Positions 45,786 through 56,424 of a DNA stretch of 64,000 bases are shown here, piece by piece. This DNA is from Poseidonia sp. Lineage in GTDB: Archaea > Thermoplasmatota > Poseidoniia > Poseidoniales > Poseidoniaceae. Each line of letters opens with the position of its first letter. Positions within the stretch are counted from its first letter, which is position 1. The notes under the pieces were generated by a model. That model had not been told where the DNA came from and searched no databases. It was given only the letters and a program-made list of their open reading frames with translations. The stretch spans positions 192,001 to 256,000 of the forward strand of contig CBFIDD010000002.1 in NCBI GenBank assembly GCA_965661285.1. The letters run 5' to 3'. The position numbers and the translations under genes were made by a program.

Positions 45786-48700
45786 ATGGGGCCTCGGCGG
45801 AGATGGATGTGGAGCGTGATGCTGGTCGCGCTCGTGGCCTCCGTCCCGTTAACACCACTGCTCGCTGTCACGGAGGATATCGATGTGTTGCAGGAGCAGA
45901 CGAACGAACAACACCGTACCGTTCTGGTCACACAGCACTTTTCTCCCTCCAACGGATTTACTTACACCAACCTAACACACTCACCGTCCACCGGTCTGGT
46001 CAAACTCGAGCGACCCGATATCTCCTGGTCTCCTTCCTCAGGTTTGGGGTTGGTGGCAGCCCGTACGGGTGCCTGTTCGGCATATCTACCGTCAACCAAT
46101 GAGGTTTTTCTTATCGGAGGACGCATTGACCCGGACCCAACACAAACAGGTGAGGAAGAAAATACGAAGACCGTTGAAATATTTGATGCGGTGAACAGGA
46201 CGTGGGATTCTGCGTTTGAAGAACTCAAGGAACCGCAACAGTATCACGGCTGTGCCGTCGTTGGCGACACCATCTATGCCGTAGGCGACCATCACCCGTT
46301 CTCATCTCCAGCGGCTGAATCACGAGGTTTAGTCCAGGTGTACGATGCCGGAACGGGCAACTGGAGCTACGGAACGAGCATGCCCGGCAACCAGTCGGTG
46401 GGTCTTGCGGGCGTGACGAGTCTCAACGGGATGGTCTATGTGGCCGGAGGCGTCTCGGAGAAAGACCGCTCGGATTCAACCGACCGCTTGCTGCGCTATG
46501 ATCCTGTCAACGACACGTGGACGCAGCTCGCCAGCATGAACAATCGGCGACACTCCTTTGATCTCGTTGCCTTCAGAGGAAAACTCATCGCCTATGGTGG
46601 CGTTGCGGTGTTTTTTGACCCGATTGCAAACGCCACCGTTGAGAAAGAAACAAACCTGACCGAAGCCTATGACCCCTTAACGAACACCTGGGCACAACTC
46701 CCCAACGCCACAAACGTGTTCTCGGCATATGCCGCCACGGTGCTCAACGATGAGATCATCATCCACGGAGGGTACAAGCGCTCCGGTTGGTCGGGAACGA
46801 CCAACGACAAGACCTACGGATACGACCCGTTCACCAACGACTGGAACACGAGAGCAACCCTCGCCAGCGGGATGTACGATTCAACGATAGCGTTGGCTAA
46901 CGACACGCTGGTCTATGCCGGCGGGGATGCCAGTAATCGTCGCTTTGGGACATGGGGAAGTCAATACTTAGCCGGTGATGAATTCCACATCGGCCCAACC
47001 TTCAGAGAAGGGATGCTTTCATCCAGCATCCAAGATTTACGAGCAGTTCAAGACGGTTCAGCCAGCTTGCTTTGGCTTCGGTTTGATGCGGACGAACCTG
47101 CTGGGACCGAGATCGGATTGCAATATCGAACAGCCATCTCACAAGAGCTCATCGCCTCCGCACAATGGCAACCCACAACAGCCCCAACGAGCGCGTACTT
47201 CGAGAAGGGAAACCTGTCATTACGAGACGTTCCCGAGGACAGTACGTTCATCCAATATCGCGTAAAATACGCAACAACCCGTATGACAGCGTGGGAAACC
47301 CCCACGCTGCTGAGCATAGGCATAGGGGCCGACAGCGCGAGCTTCACATCCGCGCCGCCTCCCTCCATGCAGCCAACCTCCTCGCCCGTCAGCATCGTCA
47401 CCTCTCATCATGCCGCAACCCAAACCGGCACATACGTTTTGGCGATGCACCCCACCGATGCAAGCGGGAGTTATGATGAAGATTCAAACTGGTTGACGCT
47501 GGCATGGAACAGCACCACATCGAGCATGAGCATTGATGACCCGGATGGACTCCTTTTCAATCAACAAGCCAGTGTGACCCCCGGACACAATACGCCAACT
47601 GGACAAACCATGAACTGGTCGTTCTCTCTTGACGGAGCACTGCCAACAAATCACCTCAAATTCAAAACGAGTACATTCGCAGAACGCAACACGACCTCTA
47701 TTCACCCAGCCGTCACCTCCATCGACAGGGATGTCACTGTTTCGCTGGAACACGTGACCGCCGAGATGTCAAGCCAAGGCGATGCATCCGTCGAAACCGG
47801 CGAAGTCTTACCTGGGAACACAACCCTCAATGTGACCATCGACCATCGCTTCACGAACAGTGGCTTGCGTCTTTTGGGTGGTGCCATCGAGTATCGCATC
47901 CACCTGGACATGGAAACCTATGACGAGGATGAATTCGGCGAGCGTATTTGGTCTAACCTCACCTTGCCATGGTCAATGCTGTCCGCTGGGCAACTCGAGC
48001 ACGCAATCATCAACGCCCCAATCGACCTTTCGGGGGAACTGCACCTCTGGTTTGAAGCTCGGACCAGTGAAGATTGGTATCTCAAGGTCGACAGCCAACC
48101 GCTTACCTTCATCATCAACGGCGAGGGGCCGACCTTGCTGAGCGTCACACCCGACCTTGACCACTACATCAATGAGGACGAACACCGCACGGTTACGTTC
48201 GCCTTCCACGACGTTGGCGGCTTTTCTAACGAGACGCTGTCTGCGTACACGTGGATCGAAGCACGAGATGACGGAACCAACGGCGGAGCAAGCGATGGCG
48301 TTCCGCAACGTGAAGAGTACCGGTCTGCGCTGTTCTACACGCATCAAGACGGGAACCGTTGGACCGTGAATGTCACCGTCAACGACACCATTAACGACGA
48401 CCACCAGTGGGGACGGGTGCTCCTCGAAGGCACGGACCTGGCTGGCTATGGTGTCCCGACGACCACAGCCGCCGACGGTCATGCCAGGTGGGAATCACGA
48501 ACCCCAACGAAAGGGGCCTTGCTCGAGTTCGGGCCAAGCACGAACCTGTTGAACGGTACGATGATGCGACTCGAACCGTCCAAAGAGGTCGGTTGGCGTG
48601 TTTCGGTCTCCGATGCAAACGGGCTGGAAGACCTCAATGAGGTGCGTATTGAACTGGGCAATGACGACCGTTTGGGTGTGAAATACACGACGTTAGAGAA

Positions 48701-50477
48701 CACCTGTTCCACGCTCGACGAGCGGCTCTTGCTGCTCCCGACCGGTTGCGATGTTCGCATTGAAGGGGATGTGCTCACCGTTGAATTCACCGCCACCGTG
48801 CAGTGGAGCCTCACGATGTCCGGCCTTGCACAAGGTGAACTCGACCTGTTCGTGAAGGATTACGACGGAACGCAGCGGTTCGATTTCACCGAAGCTTGGG
48901 TGCTCGAGCGAGAAATGAGCATCGATGTTGAACGCCTTGTTGACGAGCAGGGTCCGGTTCAACAGGCCTTGACCACGGATTCGGTGGTGATGGCCGGCGA
49001 CGAACTCGATTTGACCGCACGCGTTACCTACCGTTCCAGTGATACACCCTACACCGGCGATTTGAGGCTGCGTTGGGACGGACTTTTGCAGGGCGAATCG
49101 TGGCGTGGCGGAGCCACGGTCTCGATTCTTGACGGGGTGCTGCAATCCGGCATCCCAACACCAGAACGCTCAGGGCTGGTCCAAGACATGACCATCACGC
49201 TCTGGGACCCGTTGGAAACCGAGATGCTCAGCACCTACGACCTGCCCGTGTTCAAATTGGATGCTATGGCACCCGAAATCCTGCCATCCGCCATCACCGA
49301 CACCATTTCTCGCTATCACTTGGACGACGTCGAAATTGGCGTAAACATCGCCGAAGAGCAGGGCTGGTCCAACGCGTTGACGCTGACCTGCCAAATCCGC
49401 TCCCTCGCCCAATCATGGGATCCCGTAACCAGCGTCCGAAACGCCACAACGGTGTTTGACGGGAAAACGATGTTCAGTTTCCGATTTGACTTCAGTGGCC
49501 TGGGTGATCCCTCAACGCTCTCGGAACAAGCCGACCTCAACTGCTGGGCCAACGGCGCCGACGATGCGGGCTGGGACCTGCTATCAACAACCGGCAACTC
49601 GGAACTCGACCCTTGGCTCGAAGCACCCCTCAACAACATCGGCCCGGATTTGGCCCTTGAGAATGTCGAACTTTCTGGAGAACTCAAAGCCAACGAAAAA
49701 ATCAGACTTTCCTTCTTCGTCACCAACGGTGGAGAAACCCTTGAATCACCGTTCAATGCGACCATCGAGTTGGTCCAAGGCGACCAAAGGGAATTGATTG
49801 GGCGAGAGGTGTTCTACTCCATGGACGCCAACACGGCCAAATCCGTGAAGCGATCGTTCACGGCTCCCGAAGGAGCGTGGACCGTTGAAATCACCGTCGA
49901 CAGCGAGGGCGTGGTTTGGGAAATCGATGAAACCAACAACGTCTGGAACCGGTCCGTCAGCGATGCCTCGTCTGGCTTTGGTGCCGCAACCGTCCTCCTC
50001 GGCGGAGGCGGTGTTCTTGCGCTGGCCGGCGCTGCTGTTCTGTTGCGACGACGGGGTGGAGGTGGCGTTGAGGAAGCCAAGGTCGTGGCTGCCCTTCAGG
50101 CGACGGCTGATGCGAAAGAAGCCAAGAGCACCCCCAAACCTCCAGCCAAACCACCGACCAAACGACGGGGTCCACCGGGTGGAAAAATTGCAACAACGAA
50201 GAGCAAGTCACCCTCACGTAGTCCCCCGAAGGGACCGCCCAAAACCAAGCAAACCGAACCCTCACCGCAGGAACGTGCAGCCATGCACATGGCGGCGCTC
50301 GGGGTACCAGAACCTTCGCCAGCATCGACCGAGGAGCGCGTGGAAGATTATTCCAAACTTCCAGGCGGCGGGGAGTACGAATACACGCCCGAAGGCACGT
50401 ATTACGTTGGCCAAAGCTGCGGACGTTGGGTGCTGAACGAGGACAAATCCTTCACCAAAGTCAGCGATGAGGTTTGA
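45786..50477 (+). CDS. Large surface protein: Kelch propeller, Ig-like stalk, CARDB, TM and Pro/Lys-rich cytoplasmic tail
   Basis: Kelch repeats (GG...YDP...W), CARDB pattern GPDLAL...EIDETNN, TM followed by RRR. Confidence 0.85.
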   Translation: MGPRRRWMWSVMLVALVASVPLTPLLAVTEDIDVLQEQTNEQHRTVLVTQHFSPSNGFTYTNLTHSPSTGLVKLERPDISWSPSSGLGLVAARTGACSAYLPSTNEVFLIGGRIDPDPTQTGEEENTKTVEIFDAVNRTWDSAFEELKEPQQYHGCAVVGDTIYAVGDHHPFSSPAAESRGLVQVYDAGTGNWSYGTSMPGNQSVGLAGVTSLNGMVYVAGGVSEKDRSDSTDRLLRYDPVNDTWTQLASMNNRRHSFDLVAFRGKLIAYGGVAVFFDPIANATVEKETNLTEAYDPLTNTWAQLPNATNVFSAYAATVLNDEIIIHGGYKRSGWSGTTNDKTYGYDPFTNDWNTRATLASGMYDSTIALANDTLVYAGGDASNRRFGTWGSQYLAGDEFHIGPTFREGMLSSSIQDLRAVQDGSASLLWLRFDADEPAGTEIGLQYRTAISQELIASAQWQPTTAPTSAYFEKGNLSLRDVPEDSTFIQYRVKYATTRMTAWETPTLLSIGIGADSASFTSAPPPSMQPTSSPVSIVTSHHAATQTGTYVLAMHPTDASGSYDEDSNWLTLAWNSTTSSMSIDDPDGLLFNQQASVTPGHNTPTGQTMNWSFSLDGALPTNHLKFKTSTFAERNTTSIHPAVTSIDRDVTVSLEHVTAEMSSQGDASVETGEVLPGNTTLNVTIDHRFTNSGLRLLGGAIEYRIHLDMETYDEDEFGERIWSNLTLPWSMLSAGQLEHAIINAPIDLSGELHLWFEARTSEDWYLKVDSQPLTFIINGEGPTLLSVTPDLDHYINEDEHRTVTFAFHDVGGFSNETLSAYTWIEARDDGTNGGASDGVPQREEYRSALFYTHQDGNRWTVNVTVNDTINDDHQWGRVLLEGTDLAGYGVPTTTAADGHARWESRTPTKGALLEFGPSTNLLNGTMMRLEPSKEVGWRVSVSDANGLEDLNEVRIELGNDDRLGVKYTTLENTCSTLDERLLLLPTGCDVRIEGDVLTVEFTATVQWSLTMSGLAQGELDLFVKDYDGTQRFDFTEAWVLEREMSIDVERLVDEQGPVQQALTTDSVVMAGDELDLTARVTYRSSDTPYTGDLRLRWDGLLQGESWRGGATVSILDGVLQSGIPTPERSGLVQDMTITLWDPLETEMLSTYDLPVFKLDAMAPEILPSAITDTISRYHLDDVEIGVNIAEEQGWSNALTLTCQIRSLAQSWDPVTSVRNATTVFDGKTMFSFRFDFSGLGDPSTLSEQADLNCWANGADDAGWDLLSTTGNSELDPWLEAPLNNIGPDLALENVELSGELKANEKIRLSFFVTNGGETLESPFNATIELVQGDQRELIGREVFYSMDANTAKSVKRSFTAPEGAWTVEITVDSEGVVWEIDETNNVWNRSVSDASSGFGAATVLLGGGGVLALAGAAVLLRRRGGGGVEEAKVVAALQATADAKEAKSTPKPPAKPPTKRRGPPGGKIATTKSKSPSRSPPKGPPKTKQTEPSPQERAAMHMAALGVPEPSPASTEERVEDYSKLPGGGEYEYTPEGTYYVGQSCGRWVLNEDKSFTKVSDEV

Positions 50478-50515
50478 TGCCTACCTTCATGAAGCCACAA
50501 CGTCTCCTCTCGGTC

Positions 50516-51091
50516 ATGGGTGAAGATGCGAAGGATGTTCGCCGAGCCCTCACCATCATTTTTCGAGGACAGGAAGGCATCGCTCGCGCGGATGTTGAAC
50601 GTATGTTCTCCTTCGACATGGAATGGGTGGCACCGCACGAAGCCGAAGAGGTGGTCGATGCGTTGCTTGCGGCTGGTTGGGTCAAATCCGAAAGCGGGGA
50701 CCTGCATCTTGCGGTTGAACTCGGCGAGGTTGATGTGCCGTTTGGATGGTTTCCCCGACCTGCGAGGTTGATGCGCCCGGTTTCAGCCACATCGTCATCT
50801 CCCCAAGCACCCCAGCCTGCACCTGCAGTTCCTCAGGCACCAGCCGTCAAGCCGGCAGGAAAGCCCGTTGATGACACCCCGCTGAGCGATGACCCACGGG
50901 CCCGACTGACGAAACGTGTGGCGAGGTTCATCGCCCGCCAAAGCGGACTCGATGCCACCGAACTTCAACGCCGGGCTGAACGTAAAATCAGGGCCTTTCA
51001 CCTCATCACGCCGTGGATGGCCTACGCTCTTGTCGGACGGGAGCAGGGGTTGGTGATGGACGATATCGTTCAGTCCTTGGACGTGGTTTAG
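50516..51091 (+). CDS. DUF2240-like protein
   Basis: FSFDMEWVAP.EA..VVD..L..G pattern; start is uncertain. Confidence 0.7.
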   Translation: MGEDAKDVRRALTIIFRGQEGIARADVERMFSFDMEWVAPHEAEEVVDALLAAGWVKSESGDLHLAVELGEVDVPFGWFPRPARLMRPVSATSSSPQAPQPAPAVPQAPAVKPAGKPVDDTPLSDDPRARLTKRVARFIARQSGLDATELQRRAERKIRAFHLITPWMAYALVGREQGLVMDDIVQSLDVV

Positions 51092-53664
51092 GCGCCTTCT
51101 TCTTCGGTGGCGCTCTCTTGGCCACGAGCAGACAATTCGACCAACACGGGCAGCACCATCAGCGCCAGCACGAGCGAGAACAAGACCGTGATGGCGGTGA
51201 TGAGCCCAAAGTCCTGAATGATGGGCATGGGCGAAAACAGCAACACGGCGAAGCCAGCCATGGTGGTGGTCGCACTGAGCATCAACGCCACACCGGTGGT
51301 GTCAATCGCTTCACGCAACGCACCCCAGTGATCGCCTCGCTTGGCCAATTCAACCTCAAAGCGACGCCACATGTGGATGGAGTAGTCGATGCCAATACCC
51401 AACGTCAGTGCGGTCACCATCACCGTCAACACGTTCCACTTCAGCCCGATGAGCGCCATCGAACCGACGACCCACAAGGAAGCGATGCCGACCGGGAAGA
51501 GAACGATGATGGCGGGCATGATGCGACGGGTGAGAAGGAAAAGGACGAGGAAGGAAACGATCAGGGAAATCGCCGTGCTTTCAATCTGGGTGGTGGTCAG
51601 CCCGTTGAGCACCGTTTCAAGCATGACCAAATCCCCGGTTACGTGGAGGTCGGCGTGGTCCTTGAGTTGGAACTTCAGCGTGCCCGAATCGTCGGTTGAG
51701 CCGAGAATCTCGACAAAGTTGTCAACCACACGGCTTGATTCAGCCGAGGTTGTCGCCTCAACCCGAATTTCATGACGCAGGTGGACGATAGCGCTGCCGT
51801 CCAGATGAACGGTTTGCGTCAAGCGTTCTTCCCACGTTTCACCGGTCAGGGGGTCGGCTGCACTGGTGTTGCCGACCAGCGCCGCATAGAAACCGCCCAA
51901 ATCCACGGCCTCGGTGCGGTCGATGGGGTAGACTTCACCGGCGAACACTTCCAAATTGTGCGCTTCGCCCATGCTCGCATTGCGCAACAGCGCATCACGC
52001 AACAAGGGGTAGGGGCCTTCATAGGACGGTGAGGAAATCCGGAAATTGGTCCCCACAACATCGTTGTTGGATTTGAGGTCGAAGTGGAAGTTACGAAGCT
52101 CGCTCAGGAGGTCCAAATCCCCCGGTATCGTGGTTTGGTCCTCAGCGGGTTCCATGAGCAGGTGGATGACTTTCCAGCCAGCGCTTTCGTAGCCTGAATT
52201 CAAATCATCCCGCACCGCCATGATCTCCATGTCTTCGTCAACAAAATCAGCCAAATCGAAATCCGTCTCCAACGAGGCGGCACCGTAAATGGCCAGGCCC
52301 GAAACGAGGACGGTCACCAAAATCACACCAACTTGCTGCTTTTGTTGGACCTTCACGATTTGATTAGAGAGCGCCGGGAATCGCAGTGAGGGTCGGTCGA
52401 CGACCTTGACCTGCTTGGAAAACACCACGTGAAGCGCACCCACAAAGACCGTTGAAGAGATGAAGGCCGACACAACGCCCAGCGACAGTGCATAGCCCAA
52501 CACGGCGAGGGGCGGCAGCGGGGAGATGACGTTCGCCATGAACGCCGCCACGGTGGTCACCACGGCCAAGGAGAGGGGCATGGACAGGTGTCCGCAGGCT
52601 CGAAGCCAAGATTCGGAGACGCTGGGCACGGTTTCCTTGAAGGTCCGCTGGGAGCGTTGGAGGTGGATGGCATAATCGATGCCGAGGCCGAGCACGAGAG
52701 GCGCAACCGTCGCTTCAAGTGCGGTAAATCGGGCACCGAAGACGTTGAGAAGACCGTAGGTCCAAATCAGGGCGCTGGTCAATCCAACAATCGGGAACGC
52801 CACGCTGGAGAGTGAACGGAACGCCACGGAAAGCATGATGAGAACGACGATGAACGCCAGCAAGACCAGCAAGAGGAGGTTGTCAAAGGTGCCTTCGTCA
52901 ATGTCGTGAGCCAAGAGATCGTTCGAGATGACCTCGTAGGTGAGAGCCGAAGAAGCGGAACGTTCGTTGAACACATCACGGAGTTGATCTTGCAGCACCC
53001 TGCGGTGGGTTTCATCGAGTTCCGGGTCAATTTCCAACACCCAAAGCGTCGAGGAGGCCGTGGGCGTTGCCGTGCCCGTCGCGTTGTCGAGGTAGACGCA
53101 AACGGGTTCGTAATCGAGGTCCTTGTTGAGCAGAGCGGACGAGGCGTAGGTGGCAGCGGACAGCAACTGGTCGTCGGCGGTCAGGCCGCAGGTTTCGTCC
53201 TCATCGAAAAGCACGTCGAGCACATCCGACCAGGCAGAAAATGTTGCCAGGTCCTGTCCGTCCCCTTCCTCATCGAGCGCCAGTTGGAGAATACCGGGGG
53301 CCGTGGTCCAAACGCTGACCATCTGCTCGCGTTTCACGGATTCGTTTTGGAAGTGCGACAGATCATCATCCATGGTCTGCAGCATGTCGAGAGCCAAGAC
53401 GTTGGAGCCGTCATCAACCGTGACGTGGACAAAAAGCGGGCGCATTTCATCGGGGAAATGCGCATGGATGCGATCGTGTGCATCGGAAGTCTCGGATTCG
53501 GGAGAAAAATCGTTGAGGTCGGTTTGGAAGGTCGGGGGAGAGACATAGAGGTTGGCCGCCAGCACAAGGGTGAGAACGGTGAACAGCCCCACGATGTAGG
53601 GTGCACTTCGCTCAAAGGTGGGGGCGACGCTGGCGAGGCGTTCCTCAAGGCCCGCCCTATCCAT
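51088..53664 (-). CDS. MMPL/RND family transporter
   Basis: Two repeats carrying GLGIDYAIH and GIGIDYSIH, with large extracellular loops. Confidence 0.9.
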   Translation of the reverse strand: MDRAGLEERLASVAPTFERSAPYIVGLFTVLTLVLAANLYVSPPTFQTDLNDFSPESETSDAHDRIHAHFPDEMRPLFVHVTVDDGSNVLALDMLQTMDDDLSHFQNESVKREQMVSVWTTAPGILQLALDEEGDGQDLATFSAWSDVLDVLFDEDETCGLTADDQLLSAATYASSALLNKDLDYEPVCVYLDNATGTATPTASSTLWVLEIDPELDETHRRVLQDQLRDVFNERSASSALTYEVISNDLLAHDIDEGTFDNLLLLVLLAFIVVLIMLSVAFRSLSSVAFPIVGLTSALIWTYGLLNVFGARFTALEATVAPLVLGLGIDYAIHLQRSQRTFKETVPSVSESWLRACGHLSMPLSLAVVTTVAAFMANVISPLPPLAVLGYALSLGVVSAFISSTVFVGALHVVFSKQVKVVDRPSLRFPALSNQIVKVQQKQQVGVILVTVLVSGLAIYGAASLETDFDLADFVDEDMEIMAVRDDLNSGYESAGWKVIHLLMEPAEDQTTIPGDLDLLSELRNFHFDLKSNNDVVGTNFRISSPSYEGPYPLLRDALLRNASMGEAHNLEVFAGEVYPIDRTEAVDLGGFYAALVGNTSAADPLTGETWEERLTQTVHLDGSAIVHLRHEIRVEATTSAESSRVVDNFVEILGSTDDSGTLKFQLKDHADLHVTGDLVMLETVLNGLTTTQIESTAISLIVSFLVLFLLTRRIMPAIIVLFPVGIASLWVVGSMALIGLKWNVLTVMVTALTLGIGIDYSIHMWRRFEVELAKRGDHWGALREAIDTTGVALMLSATTTMAGFAVLLFSPMPIIQDFGLITAITVLFSLVLALMVLPVLVELSARGQESATEEEGA

Positions 53665-53801
53665 GATACCTCCCTGTCCATGGAGCATAAAAACCAACAG
53701 GTGCACTTGACGAAGGCGGACGGCGTTCTTGAAGCGGAAAATACCGGCACCGGCAGAGGAGAAGGTTCAAGAGAAGTGGGCAGGTCGGAAGGTCGGTTAT
53801 C

Positions 53802-54059
53802 ATGGCTGTTACGGTCCTCAAGAAAGAGAAAAACGAATTGCGCCTCCGAATCATCGGTGAAAGCCACACCGCCCTCCAAGTTCTTCGAGAGCGACTCAAC
53901 AACCACAAAGACGTGGACTACGCCAACTACTTCCCGGGCCACCCCGAGCTTGACGACCCTGAATTCTACATCCGTACCACCTCGAAGAAAGGCGTGGACA
54001 AGGTGTTGACCGATATCATCGGCAGCGTCGCTTCCGACTTTGAAGGCGCCAGTCTCTGA
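53802..54059 (+). CDS. rpoL: DNA-directed RNA polymerase subunit L (Rpo11)
   Basis: Pattern GESHT..QVLRERL...VDYANY..GHP. Confidence 0.9.
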   Translation: MAVTVLKKEKNELRLRIIGESHTALQVLRERLNNHKDVDYANYFPGHPELDDPEFYIRTTSKKGVDKVLTDIIGSVASDFEGASL

Positions 54060-54075
54060 AACAAAGGTCATTTCC

Positions 54076-55470
54076 ATGTCCGACCCCATCGCACAAGCCA
54101 TTGGCTTGCAGGGGTATGCAACAGACCACCAAGGCATCGGCGGACGCATCAAAGCGAGGGTCACCGACTTTCGTGTTGAAGAGATGGCAACGTCCGTTCA
54201 CCTCGACAATCGAGGCCGGTTCACGGCGGCAAAAATTACCCTGACAAATTGGGAAACCAACCGGTTTTGCAACCAACTCGCCTCCAAACTCCGCATTCCA
54301 CGCAATCGGGTCTTTTTCGCGGGCACCAAGGACAAACGTGCCGTCACCTCCCAACTCTTTGTCATCGATGCACCGATGAACAAGGTCGCTTCGGTCGAGT
54401 TGCCGGATGTTGAAATCGAGGTGCTCGGACGAACCCATCAGAAAATCGGATTTGGCAATCACCGTGGAAACCGCTTCACGATTGTGGTCCGAGGCTGCTG
54501 CCACCCCGACGGCACACCGATGAGCGACGATGAGGCGATGGACGAAGTGCACCGTATTCATCAGGACATGGAAGCCTCACTTGGTGGTAACCGCTTCCCC
54601 AACTGGATTGGACCCCAACGGTTTGGTTCGGGTCGTCCCGTGACACCGCACGTCGGTCGACACGTTGTGAACGAAGACTGGGAGCAGGCCGTCATGACCT
54701 ATCTTTCGATGGAGGGGCCAAACGAGGAAAAGGAAGCGCATGACGTGCGCCAGCGTATTCGAGAAAGCGGCATTGATGAGGCGTTGCTCGAGACGCTACC
54801 CCGATGGATGGGCTTTGAGCGCCGCATGATCGAGCACCTCTTGGCCAACCCCGACGACCACGTGGGTGCGTTCCGGAAACTTCCAACCAACCTCCAACTG
54901 ATGACCGTGCACGCCCTGCAGTCGATTGTGTTCAACAAATCGCTCCAGCGCCGGCTTGAGGAAGGCTTGCCGCTGTCCCGCCCCGTCGTCGGCGATATTG
55001 TTGGGCGAGTGGATGAGAAAAGCCAACTCGATGTCAAGTCGTGCGTGGTGGTGCAAGAGCGCACCCTCAACCGCATCGGACGAAACTGCGACCTTGGTCG
55101 CTTGATCACGACAGGCCCGTTGCCAGGCAGTGAAATTTCAACCTCCGAAGGCGAACCCGGTCGGCTCGAACAGGCCACCATCGACGATGAAGGGCTCGGC
55201 GGTCTCTCGTGGAACGTCGAGGCCGTTCCTCGTCTTTCAAGCAAAGGAACCCGACGTGGTTTGGTGGCCGAATTCAAAGAATTCTCGGTGGACACCGTGC
55301 CCATCGCCGATAGCACCACCCTTGACAAGCGCTGGGAAGCCAGACCGGACGTAGGTGACCGCTGGCATCCCGAAGGGGCGTGCGTTCGATTCCGCTTTAC
55401 CTTAGGCTCAGGAAGCTATGCGACCGTGTTGCTTCGTGAGTTCATGAAAGGACCGCTTGCCAACATGTGA
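54076..55470 (+). CDS. truD: tRNA pseudouridine(13) synthase TruD
   Basis: Motifs DFRVEE, AGTKDKRAVTSQ, GNRFTI, FPNWIGPQRFG and GSYATVLLRE. Confidence 0.94.
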   Translation: MSDPIAQAIGLQGYATDHQGIGGRIKARVTDFRVEEMATSVHLDNRGRFTAAKITLTNWETNRFCNQLASKLRIPRNRVFFAGTKDKRAVTSQLFVIDAPMNKVASVELPDVEIEVLGRTHQKIGFGNHRGNRFTIVVRGCCHPDGTPMSDDEAMDEVHRIHQDMEASLGGNRFPNWIGPQRFGSGRPVTPHVGRHVVNEDWEQAVMTYLSMEGPNEEKEAHDVRQRIRESGIDEALLETLPRWMGFERRMIEHLLANPDDHVGAFRKLPTNLQLMTVHALQSIVFNKSLQRRLEEGLPLSRPVVGDIVGRVDEKSQLDVKSCVVVQERTLNRIGRNCDLGRLITTGPLPGSEISTSEGEPGRLEQATIDDEGLGGLSWNVEAVPRLSSKGTRRGLVAEFKEFSVDTVPIADSTTLDKRWEARPDVGDRWHPEGACVRFRFTLGSGSYATVLLREFMKGPLANM

Positions 55471-55486
55471 TTGGTCGGCCCTCTCC

Positions 55487-55553
55487 GTGGGTCGTCTCTG
55501 ACAAGACCCACCGAAAGCCCATTGGTTTGCCAATACCCGAGCCGTAGGTATTG
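55487..55553 (+). terminator. Two hairpins downstream of truD
   Basis: Inverted repeats GTGGGTC/GACCCAC and CAATACC/GGTATTG; the function is inferred from position only. Confidence 0.4.
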
Positions 55554-55646
55554 TGACAGCCCCTTTGATTGCATCCAAACGCGATTTGGAGGAGGATTGA
55601 TTCACGTCCATCAACAAATGGTGTCAAAAATATGCGATTGTTGGGG

Positions 55647-56030
55647 TTATTCTCTATCTTTTCGCGCCATGATCTGGGCTTTATTTTCGTAAAGCCTTGA
55701 GTAGGGTGGTCCATACAATTGCCGCCCCATATCATCGAAACCATGCTTGACATACCCTTTCGCCTCAGCTATCTCCTGCGAATGAGTAAGTTGAGCTGTA
55801 GATCTGGTCTGAAGGATGCTAAAGGCCATCATAAGCAACCCCAGAGGAGCAATACAAAAACCAACGATGATTGGGGTTGTCAAAATACCACCAATGAGTA
55901 AATAGATACCACGCTTCAGCAGTTTCTTTTTGACCACGAACGGGGCATGAACCCATTCTGTTCCGGTCCACAAAAAATTTCCATCAGGGGTATAATCGCC
56001 ACCCAAAACAATATTCTCTGTTGATTCCAA
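55647..56030 (-). CDS. AT-rich small membrane protein with a PDG..W.G..W motif
   Basis: TPDGNFLWTGTEW followed by a 2-TM hairpin; TTG start; low GC. Confidence 0.6.
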   Translation of the reverse strand: MESTENIVLGGDYTPDGNFLWTGTEWVHAPFVVKKKLLKRGIYLLIGGILTTPIIVGFCIAPLGLLMMAFSILQTRSTAQLTHSQEIAEAKGYVKHGFDDMGRQLYGPPYSRLYENKAQIMARKDRE

Positions 56031-56142
56031 TTTACAAAATCTTCGGTATCTGATTAGGGGGCATCCCTTTGCTCACCCATCTAAAGAGGTACGGACGGCG
56101 ATACCCCCGTCGCTAAGGGGAACCCTCGTGCACGAGGTCGCT

Positions 56143-56415
56143 TCAAATGAGGCCCATCGAGAGAACTTCGATTTCACCAACGCCGTGAATCTCAGCCATC
56201 TTGGCTTCAAAGGCGTCAGCAAGACCTTCGCCGTCGTTCATCTTGACGTGAACTTGGACGAATTTGAGACCAAAAGCCAGCGGCTTTGTCTCAATGGCTT
56301 GAATATCGTAATCGTCGTTGCGTAGGGTTGCAATCGTTTCAGCGATCGCATCCGTGTCAACATCTTGGAGATCGGAATCAGGATTTACCTTGTATGTCAT
56401 CACTACCATACCCAT
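56143..56415 (-). CDS. ef1b: Translation elongation factor aEF-1beta
   Basis: KVNPDS...PLAFGLK pattern in 90 aa. Confidence 0.92.
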   Translation of the reverse strand: MGMVVMTYKVNPDSDLQDVDTDAIAETIATLRNDDYDIQAIETKPLAFGLKFVQVHVKMNDGEGLADAFEAKMAEIHGVGEIEVLSMGLI

Positions 56416-56424
56416 ACTATCACC

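Noticed and set aside
56089-56098. GTACGGACGG shared with the 56-bp unit, and CCCTTTGATTG shared between 38308 and 55561
   Set aside because: Isolated 10-11 nt matches are expected by chance in 64 kb, and there is no core sequence nearby.
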